This document shows positions 36,937-47,134 of a stretch of 64,000 bases of DNA, piece after piece. Position 1 is the first letter of the stretch. Each line of letters opens with the position of its first letter. A program made the position numbers and the translations under genes. This DNA is from Pseudomonadota bacterium (GTDB lineage Bacteria; Pseudomonadota; Alphaproteobacteria; Rhodobacterales; Rhodobacteraceae). The notes under the pieces were generated by a model. The model saw nothing but the letters and a program-made list of their open reading frames with translations, was not told where the DNA came from and did no database searches. The stretch lies in assembly GCA_038528385.1 (NCBI GenBank), contig JBCBET010000008.1, positions 68,855-132,854 on the forward strand, in the 5' to 3' direction.

Positions 36937-37725
36937 ATGGCAGACGCGAAAGCCACATTCGATTTCACCGGCAAGAACGTCTTCGTCGTCGGCGGCACGT
37001 CAGGGATCAATCTGGGCATCGCCGAGACCTATGCCGCCGCGGGCGCGCGCGTGGCCGTCGCCTCGCGCAAGCAGGACAAGGTCGACGCGGCCGTGGCCAA
37101 GCTCGGCGATGGCGCGCTGGGCTATGCCTACGACGTGCGCAACTACGATGACGTCGCCGCGGGTTTTGCTGCCTTCGAAGAGGCTGCGGGCAAGATCGAC
37201 GTCCTCGTCTCCGGTGCTGCTGGCAACTTCCCGGCCCCAGCCGTGGGCCTTTCTCCGAACGGCTTCAAATCCGTGGTCGACATAGACCTCATCGGGACCT
37301 TCCACGTGATGCGCGCGGCCCATCAGCACCTCGCGCGGCCGTCTGCGATCATCAACATCTCCGCGCCGCAGGCGGTGCAGGCGATGCCGTTCCAGATCCA
37401 TGTCTGCGCGGCCAAGGCCGGTGTCGACATGATCACCAAATGCCTCGCCATCGAATGGGGCGCGGAGGGCATCCGCGTGAACTCCGTCATCCCCGGCCCC
37501 ATCGAGGGGACCGAGGGCATGGAGCGCCTCGCGCCGGGTGAGAAGATGAAAGCGGCGGTGAAGAAATCGGTGCCGATGAACCGCATGGGCACGCCCGGTG
37601 ACGTGGCGGAGGTTTGCCTTTTCCTCGGGTCTGATGCCGGTCGTTACGTCTCCGGCTCCATCATCGGGGCCGATGGCGGCTGGTCCATCGCCGGCGCGCG
37701 CATCGACCAACTCATGGGCATGTAA
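36937..37725 (+). CDS. SDR-family oxidoreductase (dienoyl-CoA-reductase-like)
   Basis: VGGTSGINLGIA, SGAAGNF, VCAAKAGVD. Confidence 0.85.
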   Translation: MADAKATFDFTGKNVFVVGGTSGINLGIAETYAAAGARVAVASRKQDKVDAAVAKLGDGALGYAYDVRNYDDVAAGFAAFEEAAGKIDVLVSGAAGNFPAPAVGLSPNGFKSVVDIDLIGTFHVMRAAHQHLARPSAIINISAPQAVQAMPFQIHVCAAKAGVDMITKCLAIEWGAEGIRVNSVIPGPIEGTEGMERLAPGEKMKAAVKKSVPMNRMGTPGDVAEVCLFLGSDAGRYVSGSIIGADGGWSIAGARIDQLMGM

Positions 37726-37796
37726 GCTGATTTTCTCTCCCATGGGCTGAATTTCGCCCAGCCTCGCAACCTCGGGTTTTCCTTACTTCCACGTCA

Positions 37797-37835
37797 AGCG
37801 CCGCGCGGGCATCCTTCCTGCGCGGCGCTTTTTTA
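37797..37835 (+). terminator. Intrinsic terminator after the SDR gene
   Basis: AGCGCCGCGC-13 nt-GCGCGGCGCT followed by TTTTTT. Confidence 0.8.
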
Positions 37836-37878
37836 TGCCGCGACCACTTTTTGACGAACTCATTTCTGGAGAAAAGCC

Positions 37879-39672
37879 ATGCCCAAGGACCGCATCGAGT
37901 CCGCCTACCGGGTGCGTGTGGAGGCCGCCAGCGCGGCCAAGAACCGCCACCACCCCGACCACAAAGCAAACACCGATGAGCAACGCTATGCCTCTGCCCA
38001 TTATGCGATGTCTTTCACGAAAGGTCTGGAGCACGACGCCACGACCGGCCTCGTCACCGACCCCGCCCATTTCGACGCCTTCCGGAACTGCATCGACGAA
38101 GGCTGGGCGGAACCCTTTACCTCCCGCGTCCCCGTTCCCACTGACCCCGATTGCGGGCGGCGGAAATGGGAAGCGCCCACCGCGGGCGTTGCCTTTGACC
38201 TGCAAGGGCCCGACGCCCAGGCGGTGACCATGGCGCCCGCGCCGGCGCTCTGTTCCGACGAGCTGGCCTTCGAGATGGCCGAGGTCTACGAGCTGGCGCT
38301 CTTGCGCGACGTGCCCTTCACGAGCTTCGATACCGGCGGCGGCGCGGATGCTGACAAGATCAACGCCTCCGTGCTGCGCCTGAATGCCATGGATTACGTG
38401 ACCGGAGGTTTCCCGGGCCGTCCGCGCGCCACCGAAAATGGACAGCTCACCCGCCAGACGGTCTTTCGCGGGTCGAGCCCGGGATGTGAGGTGGGCCCTT
38501 ACCTGTCGCAATTCATGGTGATGGGGAACGACACCCTCGCCGGTACCGCCGTGGCCGACGGGTTCGTCTCCTACGGCGCGCAGCGCATCGACCAGCGCGT
38601 GCCGGTGGCCGTGCCCGGACAGGACCACATGCAGCTTTGGGACGACTACCTCGCCGTGCAGCAGGGCTTTGACGTGAACGCGGCGGGCAAGGGCAAGAAC
38701 ATCGAGCCCTGCTCGGCCGGACAGAACTTCGAGGCCGCGACACGCTTCATCTGCACGCCGCGGGATCTTGCGACCTATGTCCATTACGACGCGCTCTATC
38801 AGGCCTACCTCAATGCCACGCTGATCCTCCTGGGTCACGGCGCGCCGTTCGACACGGGCTTTGCAAAGCTTTCGGGCATGCGCGACATGTTCAACCCGCT
38901 CATGGCCACACGGGTGCCGCAGAATGCCGGGGGCTTCGCGCTCTATGGCGGGCCGCACATCCTGACGCTGGTGACCGAGGTGGCGACCCGCGCGCTAAAG
39001 GCCGTGCGCTACCAGAAGTTCAACAATCACTTGCGGTTGCGGCCCGAAGCTCTCGCCGGCCGTGTGCACCGCGCGGGGGAGATCGACGCGCTCTTCCCGT
39101 CGACCTGCGGGGCGTTCGGGAAGCTGCACGGGCAGATGAAGGACACCGTGCACGCGGTCAAAGCCTTCAACGAGGAGAGCTGCGGCGAGAACACCGCGCT
39201 CCTGCCCATGGCCTTCGCCGAGGGCTCGCCCATGCACCCGACCTACGGCGCGGGGCACGCCACGGTGGCGGGGGCCTGCACGACCATAGTGAAGGCGTTC
39301 TTCGACACCGGCGCAGTGCTCGGCACGAAGCGCACGGACGATCCCTGCAGCGCGGGCCGCATCGGCTTCTTCCACGACATCGAGCAGGCGCTCTACTACC
39401 AGCCGGTGGACAAGGGCGCGTCGCTCGACGCCTGCGAGGCCGAGTGCCCGCTGACCCTGGAAGGGGAACTCAACAAGCTCGCCGCCAACATCTCCATCGG
39501 GCGCAACATGGCCGGGGTGCATTACTTCTCCGACTACTACGACAGCCTGCGGATGGGCGAGGAGATCGCCATCGGCATGCTCGAGGAGCAGGCGCTCTGC
39601 TACCCGACGGACGAATTCGTCCTCTCCGTGCCCACCTTCGACGGGGATCTCGTGCGCATCGGCGCGCGCTAG
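37879..39672 (+). CDS. Vanadium-dependent haloperoxidase-type protein (PAP2 / acid-phosphatase-related superfamily)
   Basis: All three vanadate/phosphate-site motifs are visible: K-x7-RP (QKFNNHLRLRPE), HPTYGAGHATVAGA, and RNMAGVHYFSDYYDS. 597 aa. Confidence 0.8.
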   Translation: MPKDRIESAYRVRVEAASAAKNRHHPDHKANTDEQRYASAHYAMSFTKGLEHDATTGLVTDPAHFDAFRNCIDEGWAEPFTSRVPVPTDPDCGRRKWEAPTAGVAFDLQGPDAQAVTMAPAPALCSDELAFEMAEVYELALLRDVPFTSFDTGGGADADKINASVLRLNAMDYVTGGFPGRPRATENGQLTRQTVFRGSSPGCEVGPYLSQFMVMGNDTLAGTAVADGFVSYGAQRIDQRVPVAVPGQDHMQLWDDYLAVQQGFDVNAAGKGKNIEPCSAGQNFEAATRFICTPRDLATYVHYDALYQAYLNATLILLGHGAPFDTGFAKLSGMRDMFNPLMATRVPQNAGGFALYGGPHILTLVTEVATRALKAVRYQKFNNHLRLRPEALAGRVHRAGEIDALFPSTCGAFGKLHGQMKDTVHAVKAFNEESCGENTALLPMAFAEGSPMHPTYGAGHATVAGACTTIVKAFFDTGAVLGTKRTDDPCSAGRIGFFHDIEQALYYQPVDKGASLDACEAECPLTLEGELNKLAANISIGRNMAGVHYFSDYYDSLRMGEEIAIGMLEEQALCYPTDEFVLSVPTFDGDLVRIGAR

Positions 39673-39692
39673 GCCGCAGGGCCTCCGACCCA

Positions 39693-39731
39693 CCGCGCGC
39701 GTCCTTAACGATCGGGGCGCGCGCGGTTTTT
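39693..39731 (+). terminator. Intrinsic terminator after the haloperoxidase gene
   Basis: CCGCGCGCG-16 nt-CGCGCGCGG followed by TTTTT. Confidence 0.65.
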
Positions 39732-39754
39732 CTGAATTCTGGCGGGGGGCACAT

Positions 39755-39788
39755 CCCGTACACAACCCGTACACAACCCGTATGCACA
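39755..39788. repeat. Short tandem repeat (CCCGTACACAA x2 plus a degenerate CCCGTATGCACA)
   Basis: Read directly from the sequence, in the spacer between the haloperoxidase gene and the AKR remnant. Confidence 0.85.
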
Positions 39789-39830
39789 GCCTCCCGCCCG
39801 TCACGGCGCGCCGGAATGGTTAACGCGCGC

Positions 39831-40480
39831 TCAAAGCGGGCGGTTTTGCCACGGCTCCGTCGGAAGAAGATCTGCGATCTCCGCCATCACGTCCGGGGGC
39901 AACGGCCCGAAGGCCCGCGCGCCCGCATTCTCCGCCACCTGCGCGACACTCGAGGCACCGGGCACCGGCACGATATGGGCACCATGGGCCCAGAGCCAGC
40001 CGAGCGCCCCCTGGCTGAGCGTGCGCCCGCCGCTGCGCAGGAGCTCCCGCACCGCGTCGAGCCGCGCGGCGAAACGGGGGTGGGCGCGGTCCCCCGCGAA
40101 CCAGTCCATGCCGCCATGGGCCTCCACCCGCACGTCGCCCGGCGCGACCCTCTCCCTGCCATCGACTTCGCCGCCTCGTCGATGCCGAGCCCGATCCTGG
40201 TGACGATGGTGACCTCGCGGGCTTTTATGGCCCGGCCGAGCAGCCGCTCGCCATGGCCCGCGCCATAGGCCTGCGCGGTGTCGAAGAGCGTGATGCCGTG
40301 ATCGAGCGCGGCGTGGAGGACGCGCACGGCCTCCTCGGGCGGGCAGGTGGCGTAGCCCACGCTTTGGCCGTCGCGGTACATGGGGCCGGAAAGCGGCCAG
40401 CAGCCGAGGCCGAGGGTGGAGGTGACGCAGGCGCGCAACGCGCGCGACCTCTGCGCGGCGGGGCTGGCGAAGGCGGTGCT
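39831..40480 (-). pseudogene. Aldo/keto reductase remnant (internal deletion plus frameshift)
   Basis: The N-terminal piece LGLGCWPLSGPMY...VLHAALDHGITLFDTAQAYGAGHGERLLGRAIK...IVTRIG is in one frame. The C-terminal piece RLDAVRELLRSGGRTLSQGALGWLWAHG..IVPVPGASSVAQVAENAGA is in another. Together they give only ~215 aa against ~330 expected, and the central barrel is missing. Confidence 0.7.
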
Positions 40481-40701
40481 GCCAGTCTTTGCGGGGCAGG
40501 GGCTCCCGCTCCTCGAGGCGCTCCCCGACCTCACCCACGGGCAATGGCTCGTGAGCCACCACGAGGCGCGCCATGCCCCGCCCGTGCGCCGGGTGCTCCG
40601 GGCGCTGGAGCGGCTCCTCGCGCGGGACGGGCCCCGCAACTGAAAACGCCGCCCCCGTTGGTCTCCGTGGGACGGCGTTTCCGATGCGTGGGTTGGAGGG
40701 T

Positions 40702-42393
40702 CTACTCCGCGACGACCGGCGCGTCGGGTTCCGTCGTCGTGGGCACGCCCTGCCGCTCGCGGCGGGCATCGTTGTAGATCGCCTTCACCAGCGCGACGCC
40801 TTGCAGCACCATCACCACCGAAAAGGGCAGCGCCCCGATCACCATGGCCGTCTGGATCGCGCGGAGGCCGCCGGCGGGGTCGCTCTCCGTCGCACCCGCG
40901 ATGAGGAGGCCCGCCACCACCGCGCCGAGCGCGATGCCCCAGAAGTAGATATGGGGGCGGGCCTTCGGGCCCTCGTCGCCGGCCGCGTTGATCGTGTTGA
41001 CGATGAGCACGGCACTATCCGCCGTGGTCACGAGATAGGTGAGCAGGAGCACCACGATCACCATGGACATCAGGTAGCCCAGGATGCCCGGCAGCATGTA
41101 GACGACGGCGGCGAAGATCTTGTCCCCGTCCGGCGCGTTGTTGATGAGGCCGTCGGCCCCGCCCGTGAGCTCGAGATCGATCGCCGTGCCGCCGGCCCAG
41201 GTGAACCAGACAAAGCACATGAGCGAGGGCACGATGATCGCGCCCAGCACGAATTCCCGGATCGTCCGACCCTTGGAAATGCGCGCCAGGAAGAGGCCCA
41301 CGAAAGGCGCGAACGCGATCCACCAGGCCCAGTAGAAGACGGTCCAGCCGCCCTGCCAGCCTTCGAGCTGCGTGGCGACCGAGCCTTCCACCCCGTCACC
41401 CTGCCAGACGGTGAACATCATCGAGGGGAGCGCGACCACATAGTCCCAGACTCCGAAGATGAGCGCCTGCAGGCCAAAGAACGTCGACCCGAAGAACAGG
41501 AAGAAGAGAAGGAGGAAGATCGAGAGCCCCATGTTGAGGTTCGAGAGCCACTTGATCCCCTTGCCCACGCCCGAGAGCGCCGACAGCGTGGAAAGGCCCA
41601 TGATCACAACGATCGCCACGAGGACACCGGTCACATTGGCCGTGCCCGCCTCGTTCGTGAGGCCGCCGATGCCGATGCGCTGGAGACCGGCCACGAACTG
41701 CTCCACGCCGAAGCCCAGCGTCTGCGCCACGCCGAGGATGGTGGCCACCACGGCCACGATATCCACCAGGGACCCGAGCGGCCCGGCGAGCGCCTTGCCG
41801 AAGAGCGGCGTGAGCGAGGAGCGCATGGTGAGCGGCAATCCGCGGCGATAGCAGAAGAAGCCGAGCGCGAGGCCCGCCACCGCGTAGGACGCCCAGGCCC
41901 CGAGACCCCAATGAAGGAACGACCACTTGTAGGCGTTGCGGATATTGTCCTCCGCGCCGCCGGTGGCGAGACCCTTGATGACGTCGGGGTTGTTGCCGAA
42001 GTGGTAGACGGGCTCGGCCACGGCCCAGGTGAGCATGCCCACGCCGATGCCTGCGCCGAACATCATGGAAAACCACGAGAAGTTGGAAAACTCAGGCGTG
42101 TCACCATCGAGCCCGAGCTTGAGCCGTCCGGCCGCGGGCCAGAGCGCGAGGCCAAAGCACAAGATGATGAAGAATGCGACGATGTAGATGTACCAGGAGG
42201 CGGTATTGGACAGGATGAAGCTGTTGATCGTGTTCAGGATCGTCCCGGCCTGCTCCGGAAAGACCACGGCCCACACGACGAGGGCCGCGATGATGATCTT
42301 TGATATGACGGCGACATTCTTGGAAAAACCCGAATAAAAACCGCTAGTTGCGGTCTTGATATCGAGCTCCATGAGAGGAGGTTTGATGGACAT
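40702..42393 (-). CDS. BCCT-family (betaine/carnitine/choline) transporter
   Basis: 12-TM protein with BCCT signatures FSWFSMMFGAGIGVGMLTWAVAEP and WTVFYWAWWIAFAPFVGLFLARISKGRTIREF. Confidence 0.9.
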   Translation of the reverse strand: MSIKPPLMELDIKTATSGFYSGFSKNVAVISKIIIAALVVWAVVFPEQAGTILNTINSFILSNTASWYIYIVAFFIILCFGLALWPAAGRLKLGLDGDTPEFSNFSWFSMMFGAGIGVGMLTWAVAEPVYHFGNNPDVIKGLATGGAEDNIRNAYKWSFLHWGLGAWASYAVAGLALGFFCYRRGLPLTMRSSLTPLFGKALAGPLGSLVDIVAVVATILGVAQTLGFGVEQFVAGLQRIGIGGLTNEAGTANVTGVLVAIVVIMGLSTLSALSGVGKGIKWLSNLNMGLSIFLLLFFLFFGSTFFGLQALIFGVWDYVVALPSMMFTVWQGDGVEGSVATQLEGWQGGWTVFYWAWWIAFAPFVGLFLARISKGRTIREFVLGAIIVPSLMCFVWFTWAGGTAIDLELTGGADGLINNAPDGDKIFAAVVYMLPGILGYLMSMVIVVLLLTYLVTTADSAVLIVNTINAAGDEGPKARPHIYFWGIALGAVVAGLLIAGATESDPAGGLRAIQTAMVIGALPFSVVMVLQGVALVKAIYNDARRERQGVPTTTEPDAPVVAE

Positions 42394-42604
42394 GCGGACT
42401 CCCGATTTTTCTTGTTGTGGCGGCATGACATCACATGCGTCTCCGTTCCCCAAGGATTTTCTCGGAGCGCCGAAAAACGTGGCACGCGCCGCGCGCCCGA
42501 GAGGCGCGACGCGGGCGGCGTCGATCCGGCGAGAATGCGGGCGATTTTGCTCGCCCGCGCCTTGGGCTAGGACGGCTGCTGGCGGTAGCTGGCGGCGGCG
42601 GTCC

Positions 42605-43351
42605 CTAGAGCGGCCGCAGGCTGTCGAGCACCGGGTAAAACGCGCTCGGATGCACGTCGGTGTCTCTCCAAAGGAGCAGGATCGTCACCGTCTCCGCGCC
42701 CAACACATAGGCGCGGTAGATCATCGCCATGTCGCCCTCCGGGAGCGCCTGCTGCCCCACCGTTTGCGCCGCGGAGCTCACACCCGGCACGGTGATCGTC
42801 TCCGGCTCCGTCAGGAAGGTGAGGTCGAAGCCCACCACACGCATCATGAGGGTGTTCTCCTCCATGATGCCCTGCAGGACGGCGATGGGGACGATGGCGT
42901 CGGGCGCCTGTGTCTCCTGGCTGAAGATGTGGACGCGCAGGCCCGCGGGGCCGTCCGCGGCGTCGGAGGTGAAATTGGCCACGCGGGTCACGTCCCCCAG
43001 CGCGGCAAAGCTTTCGCCCGCGGCGCTGACCTCAGAAGGCGTCATCGCGCGCCAGTCGGTGGGGATCTGCATTTCCACCGCGCGCCCGGCCAGCGTCACG
43101 GGGGTGAGCGCGCCATCGTAGGCCGCCGCGCTTTCGCCGGTGAAGACATCCTCGAGGCCCGGGCCGCTCGGCCCATCCGACATCACCACGAGGAGCCCCG
43201 CAACCCCGAGGAGCGCCGCAGCCCCCACCCAGAGCAGCCAGCTCGTCCCCTTGCGCTTCCGCTCGGCCCGGGACCGCGCCTCGGGCTGTTGCGGGCTGGC
43301 ACGGTTTGCCTCGATCCGGGCCAGTCGTTCCGCGAATTCCGTGCTTGGCAT
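42605..43351 (-). CDS. Hypothetical single-pass membrane protein
   Basis: GGAGG RBS 5 nt upstream of ATG 43351. Basic N-terminus, TM helix WLLWVGAAALLGVAGLLVV, ~180-aa extracytoplasmic domain. I recognise no motif. Confidence 0.5.
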   Translation of the reverse strand: MPSTEFAERLARIEANRASPQQPEARSRAERKRKGTSWLLWVGAAALLGVAGLLVVMSDGPSGPGLEDVFTGESAAAYDGALTPVTLAGRAVEMQIPTDWRAMTPSEVSAAGESFAALGDVTRVANFTSDAADGPAGLRVHIFSQETQAPDAIVPIAVLQGIMEENTLMMRVVGFDLTFLTEPETITVPGVSSAAQTVGQQALPEGDMAMIYRAYVLGAETVTILLLWRDTDVHPSAFYPVLDSLRPL

Positions 43352-43478
43352 GGGGCCTCCAGACAATCTTCCTGTGCGCGCCGCCGTCCCGCTCTTGGCG
43401 GGATAGCGTGCCGCGTCATTGCTCGCGCACGCGATATCCTGGAAAATCGGCGGAACTATGGCCGGCCGCGCCCGGACG

Positions 43479-44762
43479 CTAGCCGATTTGGACGAGAGCG
43501 TGGCGTTTTTTGCCCGCCGAAAGCTTCACCGGGCGCGCCAGCGCCGCAGCGTCGAGCATGAGGCCCGCATCGGTGAGCGGGGCATCGTCGAGGCGCGCGC
43601 CATTCTCGGCGATGAGGCGCTTGGCTTCCTTGCCGGATTTCGCGAGGCCCGCCCGCGTGATGAGCTGCACGATGGAGATCCCGTCGCCCACATCGGCGGC
43701 AGAGAGGGTCAATGTCGGCAGGTCATCGCCCACGCCGCCCTTCTCGAAGACTTCCCGCGCGGTGGCTTCTGCGGCCGCCGCGGCCTCCGCGCCGTGGAGG
43801 AGCGTCGTCACCTCGTTGGCGAGGGTGATCTTGGTCGCGTTGATCTCCGCGCCCGCGAGCGCGCCCATGCGTTCGCATTCCTCCACCGGCAGTTCCGTGA
43901 AAAGCTTGAGGAAGCGGCCCGTATCGGCGTCGGTCGTGTTGCGCCAGAACTGCCAGAATTCGTAGGGCGAGAGCATGTCGCCGTTGAGCCAGACCGCGCC
44001 GCCCGCGCTCTTGCCCATCTTGCGACCGTCGGACGTGGTGAGGAGCGGGGTGGTGAGGCCGAAGATCTCCGTCTCCGCCACGCGGCGGGTGAGGTCGATC
44101 CCGTTGACGATATTGCCCCACTGGTCGGAGCCGCCCATTTGCAGGAGGCAGCCGTAGCGCCGGTTGAGCTCCAGGAAGTCGTAGGCCTGCAGGATCATGT
44201 AGTTGAACTCGAGGAAGCTCAGGCTCTGCTCCCGGTCGAGGCGGCTCTTGACGCTTTCGAAGGAGAGCATCCGGTTCACCGAGAAGTGCCGTCCGATATC
44301 GCGCAGGAAGTCGAGGTAGTTCAGCCCGTCGAGCCATTCGGCGTTGTTAAGCATCAGGGCAGCGTTTTCACGACCTACCGCTTCGCTGCTTGAGGGCATT
44401 TCACCCGGCTCATAGGCGATCAGCTTGGCGAAGACCTGGCGCATGCCCGCGATGTTGGCGTCGATCTGCTCGGGCCCGAGGAGCGGCCGCTCATCGGAGC
44501 GGAAGGACGGATCGCCCACCTTCGTCGTGCCACCGCCCATGAGCGTGATGGGCTTGTGCCCCGTCTTCTGGAGCCAGCGCAGCACCATGATGTTCATCAG
44601 GTGCCCCACATGGAGCGACTGCGCCGTGGCGTCGTAGCCAATGTAGGCCGGCACCGTCCCCGCCACCATCGCCTCGTCCAGCGCCTGCAGGTCGGTGCAA
44701 TCCGCCAGGAAGCCCCGCTCGACCATGACCGAGAGAAACTCCGATTTCGGGTGATACGTCAT
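43479..44762 (-). CDS. tyrS: Tyrosyl-tRNA synthetase
   Basis: HIGH-type motif (SLHVGHL), KMSKS-type motif (RKMGKSAGG), C-terminal S4-like domain. Confidence 0.95.
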   Translation of the reverse strand: MTYHPKSEFLSVMVERGFLADCTDLQALDEAMVAGTVPAYIGYDATAQSLHVGHLMNIMVLRWLQKTGHKPITLMGGGTTKVGDPSFRSDERPLLGPEQIDANIAGMRQVFAKLIAYEPGEMPSSSEAVGRENAALMLNNAEWLDGLNYLDFLRDIGRHFSVNRMLSFESVKSRLDREQSLSFLEFNYMILQAYDFLELNRRYGCLLQMGGSDQWGNIVNGIDLTRRVAETEIFGLTTPLLTTSDGRKMGKSAGGAVWLNGDMLSPYEFWQFWRNTTDADTGRFLKLFTELPVEECERMGALAGAEINATKITLANEVTTLLHGAEAAAAAEATAREVFEKGGVGDDLPTLTLSAADVGDGISIVQLITRAGLAKSGKEAKRLIAENGARLDDAPLTDAGLMLDAAALARPVKLSAGKKRHALVQIG

Positions 44763-44831
44763 TTGCCTTGCTCCGCGGGGTGCTGCGCGGCATGCCTATA
44801 GGAAAGATGGGCGGGCAGGGGAAGTGGTGGC

Positions 44832-45896
44832 GTGCGGGTGATCGGGACGATGTCGGGAACCTCGCTCGACGGGGTCGACGCGGCGGTGCTGGAGACCGAC
44901 GGCGTGGATATCCAGGGCTTCGGCCCCACGGCCTACCGCGCCTATGCCGAGGATGAGCGCGCCGTGTTGCGTGCGGCCCTGGGCTCCTGGCGGGCCGATG
45001 ATGCGGCGGCCCTCGTGGAGGCGGCCCATGAGGAGCTCCTGCGCGGCTTCGAGCCGCCCGATCTCGTGGGCTTCCACGGCCAGACGCTGGCCCATGACCC
45101 CGGCGGGCACGGCACCTACCAGGCGGGCGACGGCGCGCAGCTCGCCGATACGCTGGGCTGGCCCGTGGCGTGGGACTTCCGCACGGCGGACGTGCAGATG
45201 GGCGGGCAGGGCGCACCGCTGGCGCCCTTCTATCACTGGGCTTGTGCGCGCTGGGCAGGCTGCGAGCGTCCGGTGGCCTTTCTCAATCTCGGCGGCGTGG
45301 GCAATCTCACCTGGGTGGATCCAGCGAGCGACGTGCCCCAGGCGCCGGGCGTGCTCCTGGCCTTCGATACCGGGCCGGCCAATGCGCCCCTCGATGACCT
45401 CCTGCGCGCGCGGCGCGGGGAGGCGCGGGACGAGGGCGGGGCGCTCGCGCGGGAGGGCGCCGTGGACATGGCGCTCATCGAGCATTTCCTCGGCCATCCT
45501 TACTTTTCAAGGGTCGCGCCCAAATCTCTCGACCGGGATGCCTTCGCGACGGCGCTCGATGTCTCGGACTTGTCCGACGCCGATGCCGCGGCCACGCTCA
45601 CGGCGGCGGTGGCGGCGAGTGTGAGCCTCGCCCTCGAGGCCTGCCCCGCACCGCCCGAGCGCCTCTTCGTCACCGGCGGCGGGCGCCACAACGCCACGAT
45701 GATGGAGATGATCGCCGCGGGCGCCGACTGCCCCGTGCTGCCGGTCGAGGAGATCGGCCTCGACGGCGACATGCTCGAGGCGCAGGCCTTCGCCTACCTC
45801 GCCGCCCGCGTGGCGCAGGGGATGCCGACATCCTGCCCGGGCACGACCGGGGTCATGGCGGTGGTGGGCGGCGGGATCGTCTCCCGCCCTGCGTGA
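44832..45896 (+). CDS. anmK: Anhydro-N-acetylmuramic acid kinase
   Basis: [14 protein letters not shown]..., [27 protein letters not shown] start. Confidence 0.9.
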   Translation: MRVIGTMSGTSLDGVDAAVLETDGVDIQGFGPTAYRAYAEDERAVLRAALGSWRADDAAALVEAAHEELLRGFEPPDLVGFHGQTLAHDPGGHGTYQAGDGAQLADTLGWPVAWDFRTADVQMGGQGAPLAPFYHWACARWAGCERPVAFLNLGGVGNLTWVDPASDVPQAPGVLLAFDTGPANAPLDDLLRARRGEARDEGGALAREGAVDMALIEHFLGHPYFSRVAPKSLDRDAFATALDVSDLSDADAAATLTAAVAASVSLALEACPAPPERLFVTGGGRHNATMMEMIAAGADCPVLPVEEIGLDGDMLEAQAFAYLAARVAQGMPTSCPGTTGVMAVVGGGIVSRPA

Positions 45897-45942
45897 CCCG
45901 ACGGGACGGAGACCCCGCGCCGCGCAGCCAAGGCGCCCGGCC

Positions 45943-46419
45943 TCAGGTGCTGCGCAGGATGTCGAAGCCTTCGGGCGCGAGCTCGAAGCCATCGAACTCG
46001 AAGCCAGGCGAGACGGTGCAGCCCACGAGCGTGTACGCGCCCGTCGTGCGCGCGGCCTGCCAGTGTCCCTTCGGCACCACGATCTGCGGCGTCTCCCCGG
46101 CGCTGAGATCGGGGCCGAGCTGGTGATCCCGCGCCGGACCCGCCTCGCTCGTGGCCATGGAGAGGATGAGCGGCGCGCCAGCGTAGAAGTGCCAGATCTC
46201 GGCGGCGTCCACGCGGTGCCAGTGGCTCACTTCCCCGTCGCGCAATAGGAAATAGATGCACGTCCCCGACGCGCGCCCCGCGCCGCCGGTCTCCCGCCAG
46301 GTCTCCTTGTACCAGCCCCCCTCCGGATGGGGCTGAAGCTCCAGCCGGGAGATGATCTGTTCGGGGGTCATGGTCGCCGTCAGTCCGGTGCGGACGGCGG
46401 AAATGTCGTGCGGGGTCAT
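45943..46419 (-). CDS. Cupin (DUF985) protein
   Basis: LELQPHPEGGWYKETWR...IYFLL...SHWHRV...GCTVSPGFEFDGFEL. ATG 46419 overlaps the upstream stop (ATGA). Alternative start at 46371. Confidence 0.8.
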   Translation of the reverse strand: MTPHDISAVRTGLTATMTPEQIISRLELQPHPEGGWYKETWRETGGAGRASGTCIYFLLRDGEVSHWHRVDAAEIWHFYAGAPLILSMATSEAGPARDHQLGPDLSAGETPQIVVPKGHWQAARTTGAYTLVGCTVSPGFEFDGFELAPEGFDILRST

Positions 46420-47096
46420 GGAAGGGCCTCGGCGAGTTCTTCGAAATCTGCAGCGCAGATGTCCCAATCCGCGCTCGGTTCAAGGTCGGTCGTCTGATCC
46501 GGCCCGTGCTCCCGCGGGCGGGGCACGAAGGCGGTGGCGAGGCCCGCGGCGCGCGCGGCAGCGAGATCGTCGTTGTGGGCCGCGACCATCATCACCCGGG
46601 CAGGCGGGAGGTCGAGCGCCTCGCAGGCGGCCTGATACACTACCGACGCGGGTTTGTAAGCCCGGGCGATCTCCGCCCCGAGGATGCAATCCCAGGGCAG
46701 GCCGGCATAGCGCGCGAGCCGCGTCATGAGCGCGATGGAGCCATTGGAACAGGGCGCGACGATCCGGTGGGCCTTGATCCGCTCGAGCCCCGGCAGGACA
46801 TCGGGCCAGGGGTCGAGCCTCTCCCAGGCGGCGTTCAGCTCCGCCGGCGCTGCGACCCCGAAGCGCGCCGCAACGCGGCTCATGTTCTCGGCGTGGAGGG
46901 TGTCGAGCCGCACATAGCCGCGCGCGCCGGTTCGGACGTTCTCCATCGCGGGCTGGTATTCTGCCCGCCAGGCATCGGCGAAGGCCAGCGCATCGACGTC
47001 GAGCACGCGCGCCACCTCGCGCGCAAGTGACCGCCGCCAGTCGACACAGGTGCCGAAGACATCGAATATAAGCGCAGAGGGAGACAGGCGGGCCAT
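46416..47096 (-). CDS. HAD-superfamily hydrolase (type II haloacid-dehalogenase-like)
   Basis: N-terminal nucleophile motif LIFDVFGTCVDW, ...APCSNGS..., AHNDDLAAARAAGLATAFV. Confidence 0.8.
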   Translation of the reverse strand: MARLSPSALIFDVFGTCVDWRRSLAREVARVLDVDALAFADAWRAEYQPAMENVRTGARGYVRLDTLHAENMSRVAARFGVAAPAELNAAWERLDPWPDVLPGLERIKAHRIVAPCSNGSIALMTRLARYAGLPWDCILGAEIARAYKPASVVYQAACEALDLPPARVMMVAAHNDDLAAARAAGLATAFVPRPREHGPDQTTDLEPSADWDICAADFEELAEALP

Positions 47097-47134
47097 CGCG
47101 TGAGTATGGGGCCCCCGGGTGAGATGGGGAAGGC

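Noticed and set aside
39755-39788. Possible CRISPR-like or minisatellite array
   Set aside because: There are only three contiguous 11-12-bp units with no spacers and no cas genes. It is a simple tandem repeat.
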